Positions 27,252 to 27,762 of a stretch of DNA of 27,762 nt are shown piece by piece. The position numbers and the translations under genes are program-made. Source of the stretch: Thermoproteota archaeon (lineage in GTDB: Archaea > Korarchaeota > Korarchaeia > Korarchaeales > JAOZGB01); assembly GCA_037917685.1 (NCBI GenBank), contig JAVCBU010000010.1:1-27762 (forward strand). Reading direction: 5' to 3'. Each line of letters starts with the position of its first letter. The first letter of the stretch is position 1. The notes beneath the pieces are model-generated. The model ran no database searches and was not told the origin of the DNA. It saw only the letters and a program-made list of their open reading frames with translations.

Positions 27252-27762
27252 CTACTTCCGTCTCACAGCAAGTAATAATGCTACGTTTGCAATTCCCGCT
27301 GGAACTATAAAAGGTAGGATGCACGCCCCTAGGAGGGCTGGAAACCGGAGATAATATCCGAAATATCCGGCTATAAGGGCAGACAAGCAAAGCAATCCCA
27401 TGCTGAGCAAAGCTGATAAAACCCCATCGGCAAGCTTGCACCCCCATATCAAGAGTACTATTATCGACGCTCCTACAACTAAAGCGCATGGTTCCGTAGC
27501 AAGGCTTGCAAAAAGCCCGGCAGGGTAGACTAGGAGAACCCTTACAGTCCATGCAAGAGTCTTATGCGAGCTGAGAACGCCAGCTATAGGTGGGCTGCAG
27601 CGGTAGTAAACTCTGACCAAGGCCCGGGTAACATGGTTAGAGTTTAAAACCCTATCTCTGAAGGTTCTTAATCTCCTAAGAGCCCACGAGGAATCCGACC
27701 CAACACATGCAGTAGCCACAAAACAAGGAGGCGAGGTTGTTGGGGGTGGGGTTGTAGTTGGG
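27252..27762 (-). CDS. C-terminal part of a surface protein with CFI-box-CTERM domain and TM helices; partial
   Basis: The frame is open to the right edge: PTTTPPPTTSPP-CFVATAC..LRTFRDRVL..VRVYYRCSPPIA, then several hydrophobic helices. Confidence 0.85.
   Translation of the reverse strand, partial: PTTTPPPTTSPPCFVATACVGSDSSWALRRLRTFRDRVLNSNHVTRALVRVYYRCSPPIAGVLSSHKTLAWTVRVLLVYPAGLFASLATEPCALVVGASIIVLLIWGCKLADGVLSALLSMGLLCLSALIAGYFGYYLRFPALLGACILPFIVPAGIANVALLLAVRRK

Overview
Archaeal chromosomal window, inferred from a TFB gene, TATA-box promoters, apparently leaderless starts and an archaeal-type tRNA-Arg(CCG). The gene content fits a Thermoproteota/Bathyarchaeia-like organism, but that placement is an inference. 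The left ~11.7 kb is accessory and defence-like. It holds a CARF (APE2256/Crn1-like) gene with a C-terminal membrane segment that runs off the left edge and is absent from the ORF track, a type IV TA pair with the NTase toxin upstream of the antitoxin and a palindromic operator, and a frameshifted VapC. It also holds several membrane-anchored or secreted proteins, a mosaic repeat patch, an HhH protein, tRNA-Arg, an unusual multidomain N4-C methyltransferase and an IS200/IS605 remnant. The right ~16 kb is mixed metabolic and housekeeping: DUF4349, a PIG-L pseudogene, ferredoxin, DUF2099, DUF3795, an HhH-FeS protein, a bactofilin-like protein, a wHTH regulator, GDPD, a class II GATase, an S9 peptidase, a CitG-like protein, a secreted GH-like protein, TFB and a partial CFI-box-CTERM protein. 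The best candidate for a new system is the co-oriented AbiEii-NTase / AbiEi / CARF-TM cluster. All family calls come from motif recognition by eye, not from database searches.
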